Shown piece by piece: positions 25,797-34,619 of a stretch of 54,354 nucleotides of DNA. The position numbers were made by a program, and so were the translations under genes. Below the pieces are notes generated by a model. It did no database searches, was not told where the DNA came from, and saw only the letters and a list, made by a program, of their open reading frames with translations. This stretch comes from an uncultured Collinsella sp. (GTDB taxonomy: Bacteria > Actinomycetota > Coriobacteriia > Coriobacteriales > Coriobacteriaceae): contig UROO01000001.1 of assembly GCA_900549555.1 (NCBI GenBank), forward strand, positions 1 through 54,354, written 5' to 3'. Within the stretch, counting starts at the first letter, position 1. Every line of letters begins with the position of its first letter.

Positions 25797-28106
25797 ATGG
25801 GAACCTATACAAGGGAGATTCAGATCGCGGGGTGCAACCGCTGGTATTGCGGCTATATCTCCGTTGACGGCGTGAGCACGGTCAACGACACCACCTCGCG
25901 CATAACAATCACCGCCGCGCTCGAAGACAAGTATGCGGCAGAGTACGGCACGCACTACGACGTGATCGTGAACGGCACCACCTACAGATCGCGCGACGTG
26001 CTGCTCAACAACTACGGGAATTGGGCCACGCGCGACGCCGTGACCTTCACCGTGGACGTCGGACGCGGGGCCAGCGGCTGGAACTGCTCCGTGCAGATCC
26101 ACGTCTACGGCAAGACATACAACAACTACTACGGCAGCGCCGGCGGAGACGCCTGGGCAACAGAGTACGCTTGGATTCCCCAGCGCGGGTACTCGCAGCC
26201 GCACCCGCCAAAGAATCCAAAGCTGGCCCGCGTTTCCGATACCTCGCACAAGATCACGTGGGACGTCGACTACACGGGCATGGACGGCGCATACCCTTGG
26301 GCGGGCGTGTACGTCGATCGGCGCACCGACGACGGCCCATGGGTCAATATCGCCGACGTGTCGTGGGACGTGACCAACTACACCGACAACTCGACGACCG
26401 CAGGCCACAAGTACGAATACCGCCTCTGCGCCCACGGCCCTGGCGGCAACTCCACGCACGTCTCGTGCGGAACCACGTACACAACTCCGTCGGCACCTTC
26501 GCGCATCGATGCCATCAAGGCCGGCGCGTCCGAGGTGACGCTGCGCGTCTACGGGGCGTGGTGGTACGCCAGCGCATGGGATGTTCAGCGATCAGGCGAC
26601 GACGGGAATACGTGGGCGGCGGTCTCGACCACCACCGAGGGCGAAGACCCCGCATGGGTAGACCTGCACGACACCTCCGCGCCTGCCGGCACGATCGTCT
26701 ACCGCGTCAGGGCCAAGCGCGGTAGCCTAACGTCTTCGTGGGTCGAATCGAATTCCGTGACCACGATCACGCCGCCTCTCGCACCGAAGGTCACCGCCGA
26801 CCATGTTGCGCCAACGGGGTCGGCAGCATCCTTCTCGTGGGTGCCCAACCACCCCGACGGCTCGGCTCAGTCCGCCGCGCAACTTGAGCTCGTCGGCAGC
26901 GAGACGATAACGAAGTCGTACACGACCGAGAAAAGCGCATCGGTCACACTCACGAAGGGAAGTTGGAAAGCTCGCGTTCGCACGAAGGGACTGCACGCCG
27001 ATTGGGGCGCTTGGTCTGGCTATGCGGCGATAACGGTCGCCGACTACCCGCAGTGCTGGGTCGCCTCCCCCGCTACCGACGGCATGCTCGTCGATGCGGT
27101 GCCGCTCACGGTGCAAGTCGCCGTAACCGACGAAACTGGCATCGCGCAGGCAACGCTCACGCTCGCAGAGGTCGGCGGCGCGACGGTCGCCACGGCAGAC
27201 GTCACGAACCTGAAGCCCGTGAGTTTCGGCAGCTACGCCACCATACGCAACGGCATCGACTATCTGCTCATGCTCACGGTCAAGGGCGGCTCCGGCCTGT
27301 CCAAGACGGCCATGCGCCGCTTCAAGACGCACTGGGCGGAACCGGCCATCCCAGACGTGTCGCTGTCGTACGACGATGCGCTGGCGTGTCACGTGAAGGT
27401 GCGCAACGGCCTCTCGTCATACGAGATCGAGCAGACCACGCTCGTAGGCCCCATGACGGTCGACGAGGTGAGCAATGAGCTTTCCATGCTAGGCACGATC
27501 ACAGTCGATGGTGACGCGCTGGTGCTCGGCAACGCCTCCCGCTGCTCCGCCTTCACGGTGGAGCGCGTGGCGTACGGCGGCGATGCCGTCATAGCATCCG
27601 GCGTGCTTGACTCCCAAGAGACGATCGACCGCGTGCCGCCGCTAAACACCGACTACGAGTACAAGGTCACCGGGTACGCCGACAACGGCACCTCGTCGCA
27701 GACCGTGACCGATGCCAACGTGTTCGCGCACGGGATGGCGCTTAACTTCGGCCAGGATGCATCGACCGTGCTTGTGCTCGACTACAACGGCGACTACTCG
27801 ACAAGCTCTCAGCGATCCGTAGAGACATACCACTTCGCCGATGGCGGCGAGAACGGCGACCTGCCCATTTCGTACATGCTCGACGAGCTGAACAAAAAGA
27901 CCTCGCTCTCATGGGAGATGAAGCGCGACGGCCACGACAGGTACATACGGATTATGGACGAGCAGTGGAGGGGATGGTGGCGCGGACATGCGGGCGAACG
28001 CGCATACGGCCCCATGGACTTCGATATGTCTGTGAAGGGTGCAGGCATCTGGAAGGGTTCGGCCAACGTCACGCACAACGTCTTCGAGGAGCCGATAAAT
28101 GGCTGA
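25797..28106 (+). CDS. Minor tail protein with FN3/Ig-like beta repeats
   Basis: Thr/Trp/Tyr-rich; YTD...YEYR, YRVRA FN3-like motifs. Confidence 0.75.
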   Translation: MGTYTREIQIAGCNRWYCGYISVDGVSTVNDTTSRITITAALEDKYAAEYGTHYDVIVNGTTYRSRDVLLNNYGNWATRDAVTFTVDVGRGASGWNCSVQIHVYGKTYNNYYGSAGGDAWATEYAWIPQRGYSQPHPPKNPKLARVSDTSHKITWDVDYTGMDGAYPWAGVYVDRRTDDGPWVNIADVSWDVTNYTDNSTTAGHKYEYRLCAHGPGGNSTHVSCGTTYTTPSAPSRIDAIKAGASEVTLRVYGAWWYASAWDVQRSGDDGNTWAAVSTTTEGEDPAWVDLHDTSAPAGTIVYRVRAKRGSLTSSWVESNSVTTITPPLAPKVTADHVAPTGSAASFSWVPNHPDGSAQSAAQLELVGSETITKSYTTEKSASVTLTKGSWKARVRTKGLHADWGAWSGYAAITVADYPQCWVASPATDGMLVDAVPLTVQVAVTDETGIAQATLTLAEVGGATVATADVTNLKPVSFGSYATIRNGIDYLLMLTVKGGSGLSKTAMRRFKTHWAEPAIPDVSLSYDDALACHVKVRNGLSSYEIEQTTLVGPMTVDEVSNELSMLGTITVDGDALVLGNASRCSAFTVERVAYGGDAVIASGVLDSQETIDRVPPLNTDYEYKVTGYADNGTSSQTVTDANVFAHGMALNFGQDASTVLVLDYNGDYSTSSQRSVETYHFADGGENGDLPISYMLDELNKKTSLSWEMKRDGHDRYIRIMDEQWRGWWRGHAGERAYGPMDFDMSVKGAGIWKGSANVTHNVFEEPING

Positions 28107-29184
28107 TTGGGGAAAACCGTTCCTCACCTCGTTCCGCTTCATGCGCGTAGACCGCGCAAGCGGCAACGAGGTCGAGAGAATCACGAACATAAAGAACGGC
28201 GGGTGCATTGAGCGCAACCAGGACAAGGACTACACCACAGGGCAGGTCGATTACTCCAGGGCGCTCGATATCGGGGCAGATCTGCTGCGGGTGTACCTCG
28301 ATGCCGACTTCGGTGGCGCGTCAGTCAGTGAGGCGCTGGGGACTTTCGTTGTCTCAGCGCCGAAAAGGACCAGACGCGGCGTCAACTCAACCGGCACGGC
28401 AGTCCTGTCGGGCAGGCTGTCGGAGGTTGCGGAGGACGAATTCGATGCCCCATTCACGGTGGCGGCTGGAACCGTGGTTGTCCCCTACGTCGTAAAGTTG
28501 CTCAAGGCGGCTGGCTTCGCTGACGTGATCGCCGAAGGCTCCGACTACAAGCTAGCGCAGGATTGGACGCTCGGAATCGATTCGGGCGACATGAGGCTGT
28601 CGAAGCGCCTGGCGGCGTGCAACGCGCTGCTCGACGTGGCGGGCTTCCGCGCCGTCGACGAGGACGCCTACGGAAGGCCCGTACTTCGCAGATATAGGGA
28701 GCCGCAGGACAGGCCCGTTTCCATGACCCTTCGAGAGGGCTCTGGCGCACGCTTCATCAACGAGGTAGTCGACGAGCTTGACCGCTCGGGCGTCGCCAAC
28801 GTGGTGCACTGCGACTACGAAACGCAGGACGCCTTCTACCGTGGCACGGCCATCGACTCAGACCCGAGCAGCCCTTACTCCACGGTTTCGCGCGGTTGGC
28901 GCAAGACGGCCACGTACAGCTACAGCGACCTGCCCGAGGGGTCTACCGATGCCGAGAGACAGAGGAACGCCGATGCCAAGGCTAACGAGATGCTGCGAAC
29001 ACAGCAGAGCGCTATCCGTAGAGTCACGGTCAAGCGGACGTACGCGCCTATCGCGTGCGGCGATGCCGTGATGGTCGATTGGGCAAGCGCCGGCATCAGC
29101 GGCAAGTTCGCGGTGAGGACTGCGACTCTCACGCTCGTGGGAGGATGCCCAATCGAGATGGAGGTGAAGAGGTATGAGCGATGA
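28099..29184 (+). CDS. Minor tail (hub-like) protein
   Basis: Synteny; DPSSPYST..RG motif. Confidence 0.7.
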   Translation: MADWGKPFLTSFRFMRVDRASGNEVERITNIKNGGCIERNQDKDYTTGQVDYSRALDIGADLLRVYLDADFGGASVSEALGTFVVSAPKRTRRGVNSTGTAVLSGRLSEVAEDEFDAPFTVAAGTVVVPYVVKLLKAAGFADVIAEGSDYKLAQDWTLGIDSGDMRLSKRLAACNALLDVAGFRAVDEDAYGRPVLRRYREPQDRPVSMTLREGSGARFINEVVDELDRSGVANVVHCDYETQDAFYRGTAIDSDPSSPYSTVSRGWRKTATYSYSDLPEGSTDAERQRNADAKANEMLRTQQSAIRRVTVKRTYAPIACGDAVMVDWASAGISGKFAVRTATLTLVGGCPIEMEVKRYER

Positions 29185-29431
29185 ACTCATGTCGGCCATG
29201 CGCCGATACGGCGCCGCGATGGCCGATGCGACCGCCAACGACCCTCCCGGCCAGCAGGCGTGCTACGGAACGGTGAATTCCGTATCCGGAGCCACCATGG
29301 CCGTATCGGTGAAGGGGGCATCCCTGAAGCTCCCGTACACCACCTCATGCTCGGGAGCCAAGGCAGGCGACCGATGCATCATCCAGGCAATCGGCCCGCA
29401 CGCCATCGTGATCGGCGTGCTAGCTAAGTAA
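29174..29431 (+). CDS. Small tail protein
   Basis: GGAGG RBS; AGDRC...VIG. Confidence 0.6.
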   Translation: MSDELMSAMRRYGAAMADATANDPPGQQACYGTVNSVSGATMAVSVKGASLKLPYTTSCSGAKAGDRCIIQAIGPHAIVIGVLAK

Positions 29432-29441
29432 AGGAGGTGCG

Positions 29442-30167
29442 ATGGCAGATACCAACAAAGGCGCGGCGCTGCTGCTCAACGATGCGGGTAACATCGACCG
29501 CGCCAGAACCACCGACGGCTCGATCTTCCGCATCGAGTCGACGCTATCGATGGAGGCCGCCGAAGAGGCCAAGACGGCAGCGGCGAACTGCAACACCGCG
29601 ACTGAAAGCGCCGAAGCGGCAGAGAAGACGCGCGTGTCCAACGAGAACGCTCGGAAAACGGCTGAGACCGAGCGCGGCAACAACGAGACAACCCGCAAGA
29701 ACAACGAGACGTCGCGCAAGAACGCCGAGACAACACGTCAAGACAACGAAACTGCGCGAAAGAATGCCGAAACCACGCGCCAGAACAACGAGACGAGCCG
29801 ATCGAACGCCGAGATTGAACGCAAAAAGGCCGAAAGCCAGCGCCATGACGAGCATATCGCCGACCAACAAGCATCGAGCAACGCGACCTCTGCGGCGAAC
29901 GGCGCGGCTTCGCGTGCGGACGCAGCGGCGAACCAGGCGTTGCAGATCGCCAACTCCGTGGCGCAAGGCAGCGCAGGAAGCTCGGACGTCGCGGAGCTGC
30001 GTGCCCAGAACGCGAAGCTCGCGACGCTTTTGGCGAACTCGACAGGTCAGTTCATATACATGGGCGGAACAGTCTACTGCCCGGCTTCAAAGGCATCGGC
30101 GAGCGGGGTGACCGTAACGTTCGGCTCAACATGCTCCGCAAGCGGCAATACCATCACATTGATTTAA
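29442..30167 (+). CDS. Coiled-coil tail fibre-like protein
   Basis: 7-aa repeats E-T-x-R-x-N-N/A; AGGAGG RBS. Confidence 0.7.
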   Translation: MADTNKGAALLLNDAGNIDRARTTDGSIFRIESTLSMEAAEEAKTAAANCNTATESAEAAEKTRVSNENARKTAETERGNNETTRKNNETSRKNAETTRQDNETARKNAETTRQNNETSRSNAEIERKKAESQRHDEHIADQQASSNATSAANGAASRADAAANQALQIANSVAQGSAGSSDVAELRAQNAKLATLLANSTGQFIYMGGTVYCPASKASASGVTVTFGSTCSASGNTITLI

Positions 30168-30179
30168 GAAGGAAACGAA

Positions 30180-31091
30180 ATGGCTCAAGCTAAGATCCTC
30201 ACAGTGGGCGGCACCAACTACGAGATGATAGACGACACCGCCCGCACCAACGCCACCACGGCGCTCAACAACGCCGAGTACAACCGACAGGGCCTGATCG
30301 GCAAGTACCCGGGCCAGTCGCTCGCAACGCTTCTCGCGGGCGAGGTCTCAGGCTCCGCCACCATCTACGACGCGCTGCACAAGCGCGTGCAGGCCGCGAA
30401 CTTCAGCGGCATGCGCGTGGGCGACTACATCGACGTGCCGCTCGTGAGCGCGTCAAACGTGGCGGCCCAGCAGTCCGTGCGCTTCCTGCTTGCGCACTTC
30501 GACCCGTACTACCAGTGCGGCGACAGCGCCAAGGGCCACCACATCGCGTTCATCGCGTCCGCGCCCGTCGCCGTGGCCAAGACCGTCACCGGCGTGGCCA
30601 ACGACAGCTACCTGATGTGGAACACTGCGAACACCAACCAGGGCACCGCAGACGTGAAGAACCCGTACCTGAACAGCAACCTCAAGGCGTGGGAGAAGCT
30701 GTTCGAGGCGTGCCTGCCCGAGGGGCTGACCAAGTACCTGCTCACCCAGCGCGTGCTGCTTGAGGAGCGTTACAGCGCGAGCGGCGCGCTCGGCGACTCC
30801 AACAGCTGGAGCTGGCAGGACATCGGCAAGGTGTGGTCGCCCTCCGAGATGGAGGTGTACGGCTGCCCAGTGTGGGGCACCAAGGGCTACAGCGTGGGCT
30901 TCGACTGCCAGTTCGACCTGTTCCGCGATACCGCGCACCGCTTGAACGGAACTCGGTGCGCTTGGTGGCTGCGTTCCGTCATGGGTGGCTCCTCGTCCAG
31001 CGTGTGCTACGTCAACGGCCACGGCGCTGCCTCCTTCGATTTGGCGACGACCGCCTGGGTTCGCCCCCGCCCCGGCTTCCTCGTCGGCTAG
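30180..31091 (+). CDS. DGR target protein, putative receptor-binding protein (C-type-lectin-like C-terminus)
   Basis: PSEMEVYG, WWLRS...CYV...VRPRPGF; 3' end matches TR. Confidence 0.92.
   Translation: MAQAKILTVGGTNYEMIDDTARTNATTALNNAEYNRQGLIGKYPGQSLATLLAGEVSGSATIYDALHKRVQAANFSGMRVGDYIDVPLVSASNVAAQQSVRFLLAHFDPYYQCGDSAKGHHIAFIASAPVAVAKTVTGVANDSYLMWNTANTNQGTADVKNPYLNSNLKAWEKLFEACLPEGLTKYLLTQRVLLEERYSASGALGDSNSWSWQDIGKVWSPSEMEVYGCPVWGTKGYSVGFDCQFDLFRDTAHRLNGTRCAWWLRSVMGGSSSSVCYVNGHGAASFDLATTAWVRPRPGFLVG
30953..31080 (+). repeat. DGR variable repeat (VR)
   Basis: 128-nt gapless alignment to 31692-31819; 17 mismatches, 16 at TR adenines. Confidence 0.96.
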
Positions 31092-31119
31092 CCAGCCGAG
31101 TGCTCTATACTTCTCTTTC

Positions 31120-31173
31120 GATGCGACCGCCTTGCGCGGTCGCATCCCTGCCCGCGCAGCGGGCCGTTTTTTT
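31120..31173 (+). promoter_or_regulatory. Double hairpin downstream of VR (DGR target recognition and/or terminator)
   Basis: GATGCGACCGC-CTTGC-GCGGTCGCATC (31120-31146); GCCCGC-GCA-GCGGGC (31150-31164) then T7. Confidence 0.75.
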
Positions 31174-31196
31174 CGCAACTATTTCCGGGAGGTGCC

Positions 31197-31667
31197 ATGA
31201 GCGGCGTCTACCAGCGAAACCGCGAGGTGTCCGAGTACAAGTTCTTCACGCAGGCCATCGCCATCCGCGTGGAGGTCAACAAGCTCATGGCCTCCTCGTC
31301 GGTCGTGCCGAAAGCCTACAGGCTGCTGAACGCAGTCCCCACGGTGGAGACCGCGCGCAGCATCGTATACAACGTCAACCGCGCCGACTGCTTCTACCCC
31401 AACAGTTCGTTCAACGCACTTGAGCGCAAGCGTTACCTGACGCTGGCGATAGCCGACTGCGAGCAGCTGATGCTCGACATGCAGTGCCTCATGGACATCG
31501 GCCTGCCCGTGAACGCCAACCGCTTCGAGGCGCTGGCGGGCATGGTCGAGGAGGAGATCAAACTGCTCAAGGGCGCGCGCAAGAACGTACGCGTCACCGG
31601 CAAGAAGACGACCGACGAGCGCATAGCCGAGGCCGAGGCCGAGCTAGAGCGCCTGCGTTCGTTATAA
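31197..31667 (+). CDS. avd: DGR accessory protein (Avd-like four-helix bundle)
   Basis: 156 aa helical protein between target and TR; GGAGG RBS. Confidence 0.8.
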   Translation: MSGVYQRNREVSEYKFFTQAIAIRVEVNKLMASSSVVPKAYRLLNAVPTVETARSIVYNVNRADCFYPNSSFNALERKRYLTLAIADCEQLMLDMQCLMDIGLPVNANRFEALAGMVEEEIKLLKGARKNVRVTGKKTTDERIAEAEAELERLRSL

Positions 31668-31691
31668 TGGGCGGCGGTCCCGCCTTGTATA

Positions 31692-31819
31692 TCGGTACAA
31701 TTGGTGGCTGCGTTCCGTCATGGGTGGCTCCTCGTCCAACGTGTGCTACGTCAACAACAACGGCAATGCCAACTACAATTCGGCGACGAACACCTGGGTT
31801 CGCCCCCGCCCCGGATTCC
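31692..31819 (+). ncRNA. DGR template repeat (TR)
   Basis: Intergenic; 9 AAY codons in the VR frame; 25 adenines. Confidence 0.96.
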
Positions 31820-32031
31820 CTTACTGCCAGACCGAGTAGGCCAGCGGGCCGAAAGCAGAGCGCGGAGAGGAAGGAAGGCGCGACCATCGGGCGCGAGCCC
31901 GTAAATACGCACCCCGCGAGGGTGGCCGGACGCTGCTTGCATGGCGCGGCGCTCCGTGGCTTCGCCGCGTTTCATGGCCATACCTCAAGCGGCTGTCAGA
32001 GCCACATTGCAAGCCGTGCGGGGTGCCTTCT

Positions 32032-33240
32032 ATGAACTCGGAGCAAAGGCGGGCCGCACGCCGGAAGCGCCGCGAGGAGAAGCGCGCCAGGGCCAAGGCC
32101 GAGCGCGTCAAGGCGTGCACCCTTGAGACGGTGGCCGACCTCAACAGCCTGTGCAAGGCTTCCAAGCAGGCCGCGCGTGGCGTCATGTGGAAGGCCTCGA
32201 CGCAGCAGTACATGAAGGACTACCTGCGAAACGCCGTGAAATCGCGCCAAGACCTTTTGGAGGGCCGCGACATATGCCGGGGTTTCATCCGCTTCGACCT
32301 GTGGGAGCGCGGCAAGCTGCGCCACATCAGTGCAGTGCACTTCCCCGAGCGCGTGGTGCAGAAGTCGCTGTCCCAGAACGCCCTCGTGCCCGCGATAGTC
32401 CCCACGCTCGTATCCGCGAACTCCGCCAACATCAAGGGGCGCGGCACCGACTACGCCCTTAAGCTGCTCAAGCGCCACCTGGCCGACCACTGGCGGCGGC
32501 ATGGGCGCGAGGGCTACATACTGCTGGGCGACTTCTCCGACTACTTCGCGCGCATTGCCCACGAGCCGGTCAAGCGGCAGGTGGCCGACGCGCTGCTCGA
32601 CCCGCGCGTGGTCGCCCTTGAGCACCGCCTGATAGACGCGCAGGGCGAGGTCGGCCTGGGCCTGGGCAGCGAGCCAAACCAGATATGCGCGGTGGCGCAC
32701 CCCAACCGCATCGACCACTACGTGGCCGAGATGCTGCGCCCCGAGGCCTACGGGCGCTACATGGACGACTTCTACCTGATCCACGAGTCCAAGGAGTACC
32801 TGCAAGTGTGCCTTCTGCTGATAGAGCACGAGTGCGCGAAGCTCGGCATCGCGCTGAACCCGCGCAAGACCCGCGTGGTGAAGCTGACGCGCGGCTTCAC
32901 GTGGCTGAAGAAGCGCATCTTCTACACCGAAACGGGCCGCATCGTCATGAAGCCGTGCCGCGACTCCATCACGCGCGAGCGACGCAAGCTGAAGAAGATG
33001 GCCCGCATGGTGGCCGAGGGGGTCATGACGCCCGAGCAGGTGCAGCAGAGCTACCAGAGCTGGCGCGGCGGCATGGCTCACTCGGACGCGCACCGCAGCG
33101 TGCTGGCCATGGACGCGCTGTACCGCAGCCTGTTCGAAAATCTCGCGGGGGGGTTGCTCAATGCAACCAAGCCCGAGAGACGATTCGGGCGGAACGCCCT
33201 CGCCATAGCGGAAGGGCGGCAACTCAAAACGGCGGCCTAG
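32032..33240 (+). CDS. DGR reverse transcriptase
   Basis: ERGKLRHI, ERVVQ, GRGT, GDFSDYF, GLGLGSEPNQ, YGRYMDDF; alternative GTG start at 32023. Confidence 0.96.
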   Translation: MNSEQRRAARRKRREEKRARAKAERVKACTLETVADLNSLCKASKQAARGVMWKASTQQYMKDYLRNAVKSRQDLLEGRDICRGFIRFDLWERGKLRHISAVHFPERVVQKSLSQNALVPAIVPTLVSANSANIKGRGTDYALKLLKRHLADHWRRHGREGYILLGDFSDYFARIAHEPVKRQVADALLDPRVVALEHRLIDAQGEVGLGLGSEPNQICAVAHPNRIDHYVAEMLRPEAYGRYMDDFYLIHESKEYLQVCLLLIEHECAKLGIALNPRKTRVVKLTRGFTWLKKRIFYTETGRIVMKPCRDSITRERRKLKKMARMVAEGVMTPEQVQQSYQSWRGGMAHSDAHRSVLAMDALYRSLFENLAGGLLNATKPERRFGRNALAIAEGRQLKTAA

Positions 33241-33270
33241 ACGGGTCGAAAACGAAATAACCAAGACAGC

Positions 33271-33300
33271 GAAGGCGTGCTGCGGCGCGCCTTCTTTCTT
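33271..33300 (+). terminator. Terminator after RT
   Basis: GAAGGCGTGC-TGCG-GCGCGCCTTC then TTTCTT. Confidence 0.7.
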
Positions 33301-33378
33301 CGCGCCCGCCCAAACGGCCAGGCAATCTCACGGCGCTAATACGATGGCGGCACATTCCCCGATAAGGAAGGAGTCCGC

Positions 33379-33705
33379 ATGGACACTGAGGAAGACATGC
33401 CGCGCCCCGACGAGCTTCGAGACGGCACCCTGGCCGAGGTCAACGCCCTGCGCGACCTGCTGTCGCAGATCGGCGACCCCGACGCGGCGCACGACGCGGG
33501 CGTTATCGACGATGACGAGTACGTGGAGCGGAAGGCGCGAAAGCTCGCCTACACCTCCGCGCTCGCCGCCTACGCCAACGGCGAGGTGCCCGACCTCCCG
33601 GCGCTGCTCGAACAGATGCGCGAGCAGGCGTCCCAGCCGACGCAGACCGAGACCAACACGGCGAACATCGACTACCTGCTCATGACCGTGGGAGGTGAGC
33701 AGTAA
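33379..33705 (+). CDS. Hypothetical protein (XkdW-like position)
   Basis: AAGGAG RBS; ANIDYLLM C-terminus; precedes XkdX-like gene. Confidence 0.65.
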   Translation: MDTEEDMPRPDELRDGTLAEVNALRDLLSQIGDPDAAHDAGVIDDDEYVERKARKLAYTSALAAYANGEVPDLPALLEQMREQASQPTQTETNTANIDYLLMTVGGEQ

Positions 33706-33872
33706 TGGCTACGAAGAAAACCGTTGAGCATTCCAAGCACTTCGCGAAGGTCAAGAAGTACTACGACAAAGACCTTTGGAGCAAGGCGCGCGTCTACAAG
33801 GCTGTCGAGTGCAAATGGATCACCGCCGACGAGTACAAGGAAATCACCGGCGAGGAGTACACGGCCGAATAG
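33705..33872 (+). CDS. XkdX-family protein (55 aa), not in ORF track
   Basis: KVKKYYDKDLW...WITADEYKEITGEEY. Confidence 0.85.
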   Translation: MATKKTVEHSKHFAKVKKYYDKDLWSKARVYKAVECKWITADEYKEITGEEYTAE

Positions 33873-33892
33873 GCGGAAGGAGGGCGCCCAGG

Positions 33893-34306
33893 ATGGAAGT
33901 GCTCAAGCTTTTTGCGCCTTACGGACCGGCTTGGCTTGGCGGCGTGCTCCTGACGCTCGTTGCGTTCTACTTCGGGAGACAATTTCTTGAGGAGTACAAA
34001 CGCCAAAACCAGCGGAAGGGCGAGCTCGACCTGAAGCGCGAGGAGCGCAAGCAGGCCGAAGTCGACGAGAGGGCGCAGCGCGACCGCGAGCGGTCCCAAA
34101 TGGAGGGGCGCATCGCCGCCCAGATGGAGCGCAGCAACACCCTGATTGAAGGAATGAAAACGCTCATGGAGTCGGTTGTCGCGTCAAATGACGTCCTCCA
34201 CGCGGACTTGGTCCACAGCCAGGCGCGTAGCCAGGGCATGGCCGAGAAGGTCGACCATATCTACGACCGAGTCGACCTCATGTACAACAAGGAGACAGGG
34301 AGATAG
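33893..34306 (+). CDS. Membrane-anchored coiled-coil protein (lysis module)
   Basis: N-terminal TM helix then coiled coil. Confidence 0.65.
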   Translation: MEVLKLFAPYGPAWLGGVLLTLVAFYFGRQFLEEYKRQNQRKGELDLKREERKQAEVDERAQRDRERSQMEGRIAAQMERSNTLIEGMKTLMESVVASNDVLHADLVHSQARSQGMAEKVDHIYDRVDLMYNKETGR

Positions 34307-34308
34307 AG

Positions 34309-34617
34309 ATGACTGATATACAGGCAGGACTCACGGTGCTGACCGTCCTCGTGGTGCCCTATATCGTGCAGGCTATCAAGACGAAGGCGATGACCGGCAA
34401 TGTCGCCCGCTGGACGGCCATCGCAGTATCGGCGCTGTGCGGCGCATTGACGGCCATGGCCGGGGGTATGCCGACTGACCCCACGGCGTGGGTTACGTCC
34501 ATCTTCGCCGCGGTAGGCGGCGTGCAGGTGGCATATGCAGCCTTCAAGGCGGTCGGCGTGACAGACAAGTGGCTCGACGCGCTGCTTGCCATGGGCACTC
34601 CGAAGAAGGACGACTAG
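34309..34617 (+). CDS. Putative holin
   Basis: Three hydrophobic helices, charged C-terminus, near endolysin. Confidence 0.72.
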   Translation: MTDIQAGLTVLTVLVVPYIVQAIKTKAMTGNVARWTAIAVSALCGALTAMAGGMPTDPTAWVTSIFAAVGGVQVAYAAFKAVGVTDKWLDALLAMGTPKKDD

Positions 34618-34619
34618 GA

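Noticed and set aside
25797..30167. Second DGR target among the tail genes
   Set aside because: No further match to the TR core (TGGTGGCTGCGTTCC) found by eye; targets outside the window cannot be excluded
32032..33240. RT as group II intron, retron or Abi RT
   Set aside because: Adjacent TR/VR pair with A-specific mismatches and an avd-like gene identify a DGR
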